Below, one piece after another: positions 32,535 to 43,542 of a DNA stretch of 64,000 bases (position 1 is its first letter; each line of letters opens with the position of its first letter). Where the stretch lies: contig NIVC01000671.1 of assembly GCA_002269645.1 (NCBI GenBank), positions 1 through 64,000 of the forward strand. The letters run 5' to 3'. The position numbers were made by a program, and so were the translations under genes. This DNA comes from Macrostomum lignano. Taxonomy: Eukaryota. Under the pieces are notes generated by a model. That model was not told the origin of the DNA and made no database searches. It saw only the letters and a list, made by a program, of their open reading frames with translations.

Positions 32535-34980
32535 TCAGACGAGCAGCGGCTGCTCACTGGCGGGCACGGAGGTCCGCATCGCCTGCTCATAGTTGGGCGG
32601 CGGAGGGCGCCTGCGCCGCATCTCGGCAGCCACCAGCCTGGCGAGCGGCGACTCGTGCCCGGAGCAGAGAAGCCGCTGGGCGGCGGCCAGACGGGCGGCC
32701 CGCAGCTGGCGCAGTCGGCAGGCGTAGGTGGCGGCGAGCAACAGCAGGAGGCAGCCGGCGGTGGCGGCCAACACGGCGGCCAGGGCGACGCTCGGCCGCG
32801 GCCAGCGCTCGCAGGCGGCCTCGTCCTCGCCGCCCTGGCAGTCGACGACGCTGTCGCATCGGTAGGCGGCGGGCAGGCAGCGGCCGGAGTCGCAGAGGAA
32901 GCTGCCGTTGGCCGGGCCGCACCGGCTGGCCGCGCAGTCCAGCTCGTCCGTGGCGTCCCGGCAGTCCGGCCGGCCGTCGCAGCGCTCGGCGGACGTGTAG
33001 CAATGGTTGCCATAGCGACAGGCGTAGGAGCCGGCGCAGCCGCGGCAGTTGAGCTCGTCGGCGCCGCTTTGCTTGCAGCGCCAGAGGCCGTCGCAGCGCA
33101 GCGCCGGCGAGAAGCAGACGCTGGCGTCCTCCGGGCAGGCCTGCTGGAAGCCTGCGGGACAGCGGCGGCGGGCGGGGCAGGCGTGAACTCTCTCTAGCTT
33201 ATGCTCTACTCTGCACTTGCGGCAGCACAGCAACCCCGCACGGATAAGCACGGATTAAATCCGAATTGCTAATCGCATGGGCCGTACTATAAACCACACC
33301 GCGACTCCTCAAGGAGCTGGGAGTCTGGGAATCCTTGAAGGCGCAGCTATTCTTAGGTCTCTTAAACAGCAGCTCAGCATCAATAGCCACTCGCGCTACC
33401 TGGAATGCAGGCTCCCGCCAGCTGGTACGACAGGTTGAAGCTGCCGCCGGCCGGCCCCATCACGGCCTCCACGGTCAGGGGGCCCGGCTGGGGGCCCAGC
33501 GCCCACAAGCCGCGGTCGCTGTCGCCACCATTCAAGGAAAGCAGGCGGGAGTCACTGCCGCGGGAGGAGTCACCGGCGTAGATCTTCAGGGAGCCGGAGT
33601 CCTCCGGCAGACTGAGCGCCACCGGCTCCAGCACCAGGCGGTTCAGGGCGCCCTGCCGCACCGCCCAGCGGCACACGCGGACCGCGTCGCCGGGGCCCCA
33701 GGCGGTGCCCAGGAAGCCGTAGGTGGCGGTCAGCTCGCGAATGCAGTTGGCAGCGGCACCTGGCGGGTAGTCAGTGAACGTTTGAAGGGCGTTAGACAAT
33801 ACGAGGGGTGTTAGACAATGAAGGGATGTTAGACAGAGAGGGGATGTTAGACAGTGAGGGGATGGTAGACAGAGAGGGGATGTTAGACAGTGAGGGGATG
33901 TCATTTAGTAAGGGGTTGTTATTCAGTAAGGGATGTTAGACAGAGAGGGGATGTTAGACAGTGAGGGGATGTTAGACAGAGAGGGGACGTTAGACAGTGA
34001 GGGGATGTTATTCAGTAAGGGGATGTTATTTAGTAAGGGATGTTAGGCAGTGAGGGATGTTAGACAATGAAGGGATGTTAGACAGAGAGGAGATGTTAGG
34101 CAGTGAGGGATGTTAGACAATGAAGGTATGTTAGACAGAGAGGAGATGTTAGACAGAGAGGGATGTTAGACAGTGAGGGGATGTTAGACAGAGAGGGATG
34201 TTAGACAGTAAGGGGATGTTAGATAGTGAGGGATGTTAGACAATGAGGGGATGTTAGACAGTGTGAGGGGATGTTAGACAATGAGGGATGTTAGACAGTG
34301 AGGGGATGTTAGCCAGAGAGGGGATGTTAGACAGTGAGGGGATGTTAGACAGAGAGGGGATGTTAGGCAGTGAGGGGATGATAGACAGAGAGGGATGTTA
34401 TATATTAAGGGGATGTTAGACAGTGAGGGATGTTAGACAGTGAGGGGATGTTAGTGAGGGGATGTTATTCAGTAAGGGGATTTTAGGCAGTGAGGGGATG
34501 TTAGACAGAGAGGGGATGTTAGACAGAGAGGGATGTTAGGCAGTGAGGGGATGTTAGACAGTGAGGGGATGTTAGACAGAGAGGGGATGTTAGGCAGTGA
34601 GGGAAGATAGACAGAGAGGGATGTTAGACATTAAGGGGGATGTTAGACAGTGAGGGGATGTTAGTGAGGGGATGTTATTAAGTAAGGGGATGTTAGGCAG
34701 TGGGGGGATGTTAGACAGAGAGGGGATGTTAGACAGAGAGGGGATGTTAGACAGAGAGGGGATGTTAGGCAGTGAGGGGATGTTAGACAGTGTGAGTGGA
34801 TGTTAGGCAGTGAGGGGATGTTAGACAGAGGGGATGTTAGACAGTGCAAGAGGTGTTATACAATGAGAGGAGTGTTAGTGTGAAGGCTGATATCTAAGAG
34901 CCATATGAAATAAAAAACTCACCTCCATTTTCAAGCACCAGCCAGCTTGCAGAAATAAAGAAGAAAAGGGCTGCTTGCAT
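32535..34980 (-). CDS. LRP3/LRP10/LRP12-family receptor: signal peptide, one CUB, three LDLa repeats, TM helix, PPxY tail; ~344 aa. Exons 34980-34923, 33759-33400, 33151-32535.
   Basis: Exon 1 MQAALFFFISASWLVLENG is signal-peptide-like and has a phase-1 GTGAGT donor matching the phase-1 acceptor at 33759. A CUB-like exon follows, then three C-x-CDG..C..G.DE..C LDLa repeats and a hydrophobic TM segment. The tail ESPLARLVAAEMRRRRPPPPNYEQAM resembles the LRP12-type ETQLSRVEAELLRREAPPSY. Confidence 0.85.
33800..34860. repeat. Degenerate ~18-bp intronic repeat GAGGGGATGTTAGACAGT
   Basis: Fills LRP-like intron 1. Confidence 0.93.
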
Positions 34981-36209
34981 GAACTGAAATTTAAATTTTA
35001 ATGCAATACAGCTTTTTTGCTAAGATGTCTTCATAATGTTTGTTTTTTTCTTAAAAAGTTATACCATCAAAGTCTGGTATCTGGTAATATAGTTTCAATT
35101 ATATAATTGAAAAAAATGAAAGTAGATCAATAATATTAGCTTAGCCTTTGGTGGGTACCAATGCATTACAGTTAAAATTAAAATAGTTGTTGGAAATTAC
35201 TTAGATAGCTACATATTTGGAGAGATTTTTTGGCATTAAGTAGATAGATTTTGTTGATTCTTCAAAAGAGCTAGCTATGCTTATAGCCATTATGTATTAT
35301 TAGTTAGGAAAAATTGATAGGTTAAAATTGATAGTGCAGAATGCCTTCATGCAAATTATTAAATATTTTTATTAATATATATTTTTTAAGATATAAGTCA
35401 AATCTAATACATACTTTCATGATTGTTTTTTTCTGCATGTTTTTGTGCCAACCACTTGTGTTTATATCAGGCTTAGTAACTGGGCTTAGTAGACCCTAAT
35501 AATGCTAAATCAAATATGTACAAAGCATACTTAATAAATAAGCCATAGCATGTTTAATGTTCTAATATCATGCTCACTTAAGTTAATAAAGCTTTGTTAG
35601 CTTAAATGTTTCTAGATAGCTCAAGAAATGTGTGCACCCCTTCACTTTTGTTGTATGATCCCCTCTCATTATAGAACACTTAATTTCCATTGAAAGGATT
35701 ATAAGACACAAGTAAAGGAAGGGGATATGCACATGTCAGTATAAAAACATGCAAAATATAAATGCCACACTTAGAAACATGGCAGCTGTGTCTATAAGCC
35801 AAAAACTTATAGAAACAATAGCTGTGCCTCTAATAGTGCCTAAGTCTATACTTATAGACACAGCTGGGCTGACGTGTCTATAATATTAGAGCTTATATAT
35901 ATATGCAGTAATATACAAAAGTAAGCCACTAACTCTAGCTAGAATATCTAGAATATCTAGATATCTAGATATATACATACATGCCCAACACCCGTCCGAC
36001 CCATCCAAACTGGACAGGTGAAATGGCCGCTGGCCAAGGTAAGTCGCAAAATCGAAAATGCAAAAACGAAAAATTGGGAGAAGAAAGAAAGGAGAGGAAG
36101 AGAAAAGGAAAAGAAAGGAGGGAGAAGAGAGAGAGGCGGGAAAGAGGAGAAAGAAAGAGAAAGAAAAGAAAAGAGAAAAAGGCAAGAAAAGTCATATACA
36201 AAGTGAAAA

Positions 36210-36592
36210 TTAAGTCGCAATCGAGAGGAACTAAGTCGCAATCGAGAGGAACTAAGTCGCAATTGGGAGGAACTAAGTCGCAGTCGAGAGGAACTAAGTT
36301 GCAATCAAGAGGAACTAAATCGCAATCGGGAGGAACTAAGTCGCAATCAGGAAGAACTAAGTCGCAATCAGGAGGAACTTAGTCGCAATCGAGAGGAACT
36401 AAGTCGCAATCGGGAGGAACTAAGTCGCAATCAGGAAGAACTAAGTCGCAATCGGGAGGAACTAAGTTGCAATCAGGAAGAACTAAGTCGCAATCGGGAG
36501 GAAATAAGTCGCAATCGAGAGGAACTAAGTCGCAATTGGGAGGAACTAAGTCGCAATCGAGAGGAACTAAGTCGCAATCGAGAGAAACTAAG
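36210..36592. repeat. 21-bp minisatellite AACTAAGTCGCAATCGGGAGG
   Basis: ~18 tandem copies. Confidence 0.93.
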
Positions 36593-36689
36593 TTGTCTTG
36601 AATCCCATATTCTAAATAGTCTTAAAATCCAATGTAAAGCCTTTCAAATACCAAATCTTGTTTTCCCTGTTTGCAAAAACTGACTTCCA

Positions 36690-37430
36690 TTGTCCAGACT
36701 CAGACTCTCATGTCTCCTCTCTGCATTCTCGCCGTTACTCTCTTCTCCCTCCTCCTCTCTACCTCTTTATTTATCTCTTCTCCCTCGTGTTTCGTCTGTA
36801 CCCTCTCCTGTCTCCTGTCTCCTCTCTTCTCTCTTATTTCTCCCCTCTTCTCTCCTCTCTCATATCTCATCTCTACTCACTTATCTATCGTCTCTCCTAT
36901 ACCCTCTCTCTTCTCTTTTCTCTCTCCTCTGTGCTCTCGTTTATCATATCTCCTATACCCTCTCCTTTCTTATCTCCCATCTTTCTTGCTTCCTTTCTAC
37001 CATCTCGATTCTATCTTTCCCCTTTGTCTCTTCTCTTCTCTAATCTCTAATCTCTTCTCTCTCTTATTTTCTCAATCATATCTTTTCTCATCGCATCTTT
37101 CATCTGTCCTCTCTGCACTCTTACCTTTACCCTCCTTCTTTATCCTCACTACTTTCTTCTCTTAACTCTCTCATCTCTGATCTTTTATCTCTCTCCTCTC
37201 TTTTATTTCAGCTGTATGCTCTTATCCCTCCTTTCTTCTCTAATCTCTCCTGTCTCCTCTCTGCTATCTCATAACTCCCCTCTCATCTCTTCTCTCTCCC
37301 TCTTCATTCCTTCCTTACTCCCTTCTTCTCTCCCATCTGTTATCTCTAATCTGTCCTCTCTCAGATCTACTCTCTTTTCTATCATATCTCCTCTATTTGT
37401 TCACTCTTCTCTATATTTTCTCTTCTCTGA
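36690..37430. repeat. CT-rich low-complexity polypyrimidine tract
   Basis: Base composition; no clean period. Confidence 0.85.
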
Positions 37431-37559
37431 CTCATTTAATGTGCCAAATCCATCGAAATCCTCTCCGTAAAAATGAACTCTATCAAAATCTCTTCATCAT
37501 GAGACTGAACTTCATCAAAATCCTTTTTGATAAACTACAAATATATCTTTTTCTCGGAG

Positions 37560-38200
37560 GACTCTCACTTCTTTGGCCATCAGTCTCAGTCTCCGAATCT
37601 GAGTCCAAATGAATGGGTGTGTTGTGGTTGGATCCGCGCTTCAGTACCAGCATCAGTTGATGGTCAAGATTCTATAGCAATAGATTCAGCATGACCAGTG
37701 CGCCGTCGTACAAATTCTGTCTCAAGACTTCTAGTTTCTTCTTTATTTCAAAAACAGCTTCTCTTTCAGCTGACATTACTCGAGAAGAGTAATGTTGTTG
37801 CATCTGCACCATGAATTTCAATTTTTTGCATTCTGCATAGATAGATCTCTATTAGAAGCAACAACCTCTGGATTTTGCACTGCCATTAACAGTCCCTCTC
37901 TGTGTGAGCTTGCTGAACATTAGGATGGTGGTGCTTCTAGTTCCCTTAAATGTGCTGCAGCTGCACCATCACCTGATCCCCCAGGCTGCACTTAAGATTG
38001 CTGGTAAATTTTCTTCTAATATCCAATGCGCACGACAACAATCATTAACTTCTCCAGGAGTCACATGACCAAGTTTCCATCGTGTAAAGAGCAATGGCTT
38101 TCGCCCTTCAGCTGCAGAAAGGGGACACTAGTTGATGGAATAGTCTTCATGGCCATTTTCATCCCATTCACATGCAAGATTCAATATATAGTCAGGTGCA
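37560..38200 (-). pseudogene. Decayed coding-like fragment of unknown family
   Basis: The minus strand reads as protein-like stretches (CPLSAAEGRKPLLFTRWKLGHVTPGEVNDCCRAHWILEENLPAILSAAW; AEREAVFEIKKKLEVLRQNL) broken by stops and frameshifts. Family not recognised. Confidence 0.3.
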
Positions 38201-38279
38201 GGTCTATCTTTGAGTAATATAATGACTCAAAGAATTTACACCTATATATATTTATAGGAGTAAATGAGTGTATGTATAC

Positions 38280-38325
38280 ACTTGTATATATACACTCATG
38301 AGTGCATGAGTGTATATATACAAGT
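38280..38325. repeat. Perfect inverted repeat, 21-bp arms, 4-nt loop
   Basis: ACTTGTATATATACACTCATG-AGTG-CATGAGTGTATATATACAAGT. Confidence 0.9.
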
Positions 38326-40584
38326 TAGTTTGCCAGACATACAGTACAGTATATAGGGAGTATAGCCTACACGCCCTACAGGGTACATGCTACAGTGTAG
38401 TTTAGTACTGCATATAAGTGAATGATAAATCAATCAGGAAAGAGAGTGAAGGTAGGAAAAGGGAAGAGAAATGAGGTACTTCCATTTTTCAATAAGCACA
38501 AGCACGCAATGCGTGGCCTAGTTTTTGGCCTAGTTTTTGGTTATGCTATGTGCTTATATATTTTTTGTTTAATGTGAATTTGAAATTTGAAGTATGTGAA
38601 TTTGAAGTGATAATATACAGCAAATAAATATAATCTTTTAATAAACTATGTTGCTTTTTTACTCATTTTTAATGGGGATCATAAAAAAGGAAACTGGTTA
38701 CTTTGATGACATTTAAATGATCAAAAAATTGAAGTTAAGATTTTCATTCATGGTGCCCAACACTGCCAAAGTGACTATCACTAAACACAATTCTAACCTG
38801 AAATGAAACTGAATAAAACCAAGGCCAGGGTCAGGGATCACAGGACAAAATGCCCATTCTTCTATATGCATAGCCAAAACAACCTTCAAACATAGTTGCT
38901 AGGCGTAGGCCAAGCCTACTTAGATAAAATCTGTTACTGGCATTTTGAAGTAGTCTGGACTATGGTCAACACAGTTTATAGAACTTAGGCCTAACTTTAT
39001 AGAAAATTCTTAATCTTAACAAACAGCCTTTTAAGTTTTGAGTAAAGTGATTACTGATTTATCTTTAAATAATTTGTCAAATGTACGATTCTTTGTTAAG
39101 TACCACTGAACCAACTCAATCGGAAAAAAGGAATTAACAGCAGCAAGTTAAATTTATTTACAGGCGGTCTCGGGCAAGTACCGTATACAATAGTAAACCC
39201 CATGCACCACCGGATACAGTTTCTTGGAAACCAATCTTTTGTTCGAAATGCTGCCATTCGAGAACATTAAAAAAGCTGAAACAAACTTAGATTAAGATTC
39301 AATTGAAAATTGTCTTATACCCGTCTTCCTATTATTTAAGCTATAATTCAGCGTCTTTTTACTTTCAGCACTATTTATTATTAGTGTGATTTTGTTAACA
39401 CTACGAAGCACAGCCTGGGCCCGGAGCACAGATTACCGGCCATGCAGCTGGAAGTTTGCAAAAGCAGTAATCAGCAGCTATTGCTTTAACTAAGTAATTT
39501 TTTTCTTCTAAGATTATTTGTTTATGTATTTTACTAATCCAAAGAATAGTCCTGCGAAACTAACAAAAATGCACTTTGCCAGTGACAGTATCAGCGCGGT
39601 TTTATGTTCCACCAATAACATGCAAACCCATACTACGCCATAGCACCAACCAACAGCAACAATATATGTATATAGCGCATTTGATGTTTATGGAAATCAA
39701 CAAGAGATTCGAGTGGTCCTGACATTTTACTTTGTTATATCCTTTAAAGTGGTTTCTGTTAGTACTGTATACAGTTACGAGTATGTACTGAAAAGAAAAA
39801 GCGGTCGTTTAATTTTGTTGTCTAGCTCATAATGCGAGCAACCTTGCATTGGCGTGTATGTCAAACCAGCACATGGATTTGCTGATGCCAAATACAAAGT
39901 GTCATCGAAGTCCCATTATAGACAACAGAAGATTAAAGCTGAATAAGTTTGATGCGGTCCAGAAACGGTGAGAAACGAATCGTATTTTAAGACTATCTTG
40001 GTTCGCAAGTAACTAAATAGCAAAAGCAAAGTAATTTGAAAATGATACTCTTGATCTTTAAATGGCAGGACGACACGATTTCTTGCCGAATTGCTCAGTA
40101 GTTTTAGATTAGAAAAATAAAAAACAACTTTTTGAGAGGCCAAAAATTTGCATACGAGTCGGATAAAATTGACGGAATGTAAAAAAAACACAATACCAAT
40201 GCAGCAGCACCAGCTGCAACCTACATATGGATCGGATTTGTGTATTTTAGAATGCACACGGGTTTCTGCGAGATACAGCTTTCATTACAAAATTAAAGTA
40301 ATATAATTAGAAAACAGGCATTAGACGTGGCCAGTTTAGCTTAGATTTGACCTAGTTTTTACTAACAGTTATCTTTAAATATAATTCAACAGCAGCTACA
40401 CAGCAAAAGCGGCCAAATTACAAGCAGTTAATACCAGCCTATAAGACAGCGAAATACCATAGCTACTGATCAATTTCCGGAACAGGCATTGAACGCACAG
40501 CGCATCAAGCAAAAGCCGAGTTCAGACAATTGGCAGATATATGCAACGCAAAGAGGAAGTCATGAGAATTTTTGCCTGGCGGCC

Positions 40585-41560
40585 TCACTTGAACCCGTAA
40601 CTCGCCAGCTCTCGCCGGATTTCCTCTCGGAGGGCCGCCGCCCGGTCCACCGGCTCCTGCGCCCTGGCCCGGCCCGGGGGCGGGGGCGGCGGCGCACCGG
40701 CCGGGACCTGCGCCTCGGCCAGATGCTCGCGAACCGCCCAGCGCAGCGCCCGGTGCTGCGTCTCGCCCGGCGTTGGGCCCTGGATTTATAAATAATAGTA
40801 CATTAGTGTCATATCAGTCAGTCAGTCAGTCAGTCAGTCAGTCAGCCAGTCAGCCAGTCAGTCAGTCAGCCAGTCAGTCAGTCAGTCAGTCAGTCAGCCA
40901 GTCAGTCAGTCAGTCAGTCAGTCAGTCAGCCAGTCAGCCAGTCAGCCAGTCAGTCAGTCAGTCAGTCAGTCAGTCAGTCAGTCAGTCAGCCAGCCAGCCA
41001 GCCGGTCTCACCTGAGCAGCCCACAGCGCAGCATACTGGTGGTAGCGCCGCACGGGGTCGCTACGCCGGAACGCGAGGCCATCGATGGCGCTGCGCGGAG
41101 TCGGCCGGATCAGCTGCCGCGGCCGCCGGCCAGCGACGGAGCCGGCCGAGGACGGCGGCTGCGGGCGCAGCTCGGTCGGCGGCTGCTGACCGCCGTTCCG
41201 GCCGTCCTCGGGCAGTTCGGCCAGGCCGGCCGCGGACCGCCGGTCGTCGTCACCAAAGCGGCCGTCAAAGTCGCTGAAGTCGTCGTCGCCAACGACGCTG
41301 CTGCGGCAGGACTCCTCCACGACAGCGCGGCCACCGTCAGCCAGCCGACGGGCGGTCTTCCGGCGCACCATGCGGCCGCGGGGCGTGGCGGCCTCAGAGC
41401 CGGTGGCCGTTGAGACCACGGAGGACTCGTCGTCCCGCGACACCATGGCGTCCAGCTCGGCCTTGTATTCGCGCAGCTTCGACTCCGGCACGTCCCGGTA
41501 GCCGAGGATCTCCAGCTGGCGGCGAATCTCCGACAGGTGGAACACGGCCGGCGAGTCCAT
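40585..41560 (-). CDS. HYLS1: Hydrolethalus syndrome protein 1 (centriole/cilia protein) homolog, ~247 aa. Exons 41560-41012 and 40779-40585.
   Basis: N-terminal EIRRQLEILGYRDVPESKLREYKAELD and C-terminal SDPVRRYHQYAALWAAQ|GPTPGETQHRALRWAVREHL...AALREEIRRELA match the HYLS1 N and C motifs. Phase-0 GT-AG intron. Confidence 0.88.
40813..41002. repeat. (CAGT/CAGC)n microsatellite in the HYLS1 intron
   Basis: Directly visible. Confidence 0.97.
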
Positions 41561-42245
41561 CACGGGCAGCTCGCGGCTGCGGGAGGCAGCAGCAGGTTCG
41601 CTGGATTTCACTGAGACAGCACCCTACTCATAGTAGGAGATGCGACAGCTTGTGGAATATACAGAATATGGGCATATCTCTGACACTAGATATGGAATCA
41701 ATTGGCACTCCATGTCAGTGCAAATGAAGAAGACAAAGTCTGGTTAGGTGTAGCAATACCGAGAGTATAATGAGTATAATAAGTATAATTAGTGTCAACA
41801 ACCAGCATTTACCACTACCGAGTAAAATAGATATTTCCGTCTACGGGAAAGTAAAAGTAAAAACAAAACAAAAACCGAGCAATTACAAACAGCCCGGTGG
41901 AGTGACGGGATTGTCGGAGCAGCCGGACTCAAATAAAATATAATGAATTAAATAACTTGATAAAACAAAGTGTGGAGGAAATCGAAAGTGCAGAAAAGCA
42001 GAAGCAGCAAGGGAAAGCAAAGTAGAAGCGAATAGCAAGCAGGACTTCGGCAGTAAATTGCTCAGAATTAATAATCTAATAGAAATGAAACAATGACCAA
42101 GTAAAAATTCTAGATCAACAAGTTCAGAAACATTTGAGCTATTTCAAAGCTAATGAGCTTTATGTGCTAGCCGATGTGCTCAGCTGAGCAAGCCAGAAAT
42201 CACCGGAGTCTCTGATCAGAGAGGGGGCAGACAGGAGACCTAAGA

Positions 42246-43542
42246 CGGTCAGCAAATCAGAGGGGGGTCAGCAAACCAGAGGGGGCCAGCAGATCAGAGG
42301 AGGTCAGCAAACCAGAGGGAGGTCAGCAAACCAGAGGGAGGTCAGCAAACCAGAGGGGGTCAGCAAACCAGAGGGAGGTCAGCAAACCAGAGGGGGTCAG
42401 CAAACCAGAGGAGGTCAGCAAACCAGAGGGGGTGAGCAAACCAGAGGGAGGTCAAAAAATCAGAGGAGGTCAGCAAACCAGAGGGGGTCAGCAAACCAGA
42501 GGGGGTCAGCAAACCAGAGGGGGTCAGCAAACCAGAGGGGGTCAGCAAACCAGAGGGGGTCAGCAAACCAGAGGGGGTCAGCAAACCAGAGGGAGGTCAA
42601 AAAATCAGAGGAGGTCAGCAAACCAGAGGGGGGTCAGCAAAGCAGAGGGGGTCAGCAAACCAGAGGGAGGTCAGCAAACCAGAGGGGGTCAGCAAACCAG
42701 AGGGGGGTCAGCAAACCAGAGGGGGTCAGCAAACCAGAGGGGGTCAGCAAACCAGAGGGGGGTCAGCAAACCAGAGGGGGTCAGCAAACCAGAGGGGGTC
42801 AGCAAACCAGAGAGGGTCAGCAAACCAGAGGAGGTCAGCAAACCAGAGGGGGTGAGCAAACCAGAGGGAGGTCAAAAAATCAGAGGAGGTCAGCAAACCA
42901 GAGGGGGTCAGCAAACCAGAGGGGGTCAGCAAACCAGAGGGGGTCAGCAAACCAGGGGGAGGTCAAAAAATCAGAGGAGGTCAGCAAACCAGAGGGGGGT
43001 CAGCAAAGCAGAGGGGGTCAGCAAACCAGAGGGAGGTCAGCAAACCAGAGGGGGTCAGCAAACCAGAGGGGGTCAGCAAACCAGAGGGGGTCAGCAAACC
43101 AGAGGGGGTCAGCAAACCAGAGGGGGGTCAGCAAACCAGAGGGGGGTCAGCAAACCAGAGGGGGTCAGCAAACCAGAGGGGGTCAGCAAACCAGAGGGAG
43201 GTCAGCAAACCAGAGGGAGGTCAGCAAACCAGAGGGGGTCAGCAAACCAGAGGGAGGTCAAAAAATCAGAGGAGGTCAGCAAACCAGAGGGGGGTCAGCA
43301 AACCAGAGGGGGTCAGCAAACCAGAGGGAGGTCAGCAAACCAGAGGGGGTCAGCAAACCAGAGGGGGTCAGCAAACCAGAGGGAGGTCAGCAAACCAGAG
43401 GGGGTCAGCAAACCAGAGGGGGTCAGCAAACCAGAGGGAGGTCAGCAAACCAGAGGGGGTCAGCAAACCAGAGGGGGTCAGCAAACCAGAGGGGGTCAGC
43501 AAACCAGAGGGGGTCAGCAAACCAGAGGGGGTCAGCAAACTA
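42246..43542. repeat. ~18-bp satellite GTCAGCAAACCAGAGGG(G/A), ~70 copies; first minus-strand unit contains the BTB-gene stop codon
   Basis: Tandem copies with a recurring AAAAATCAGAGGA variant. Confidence 0.97.
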
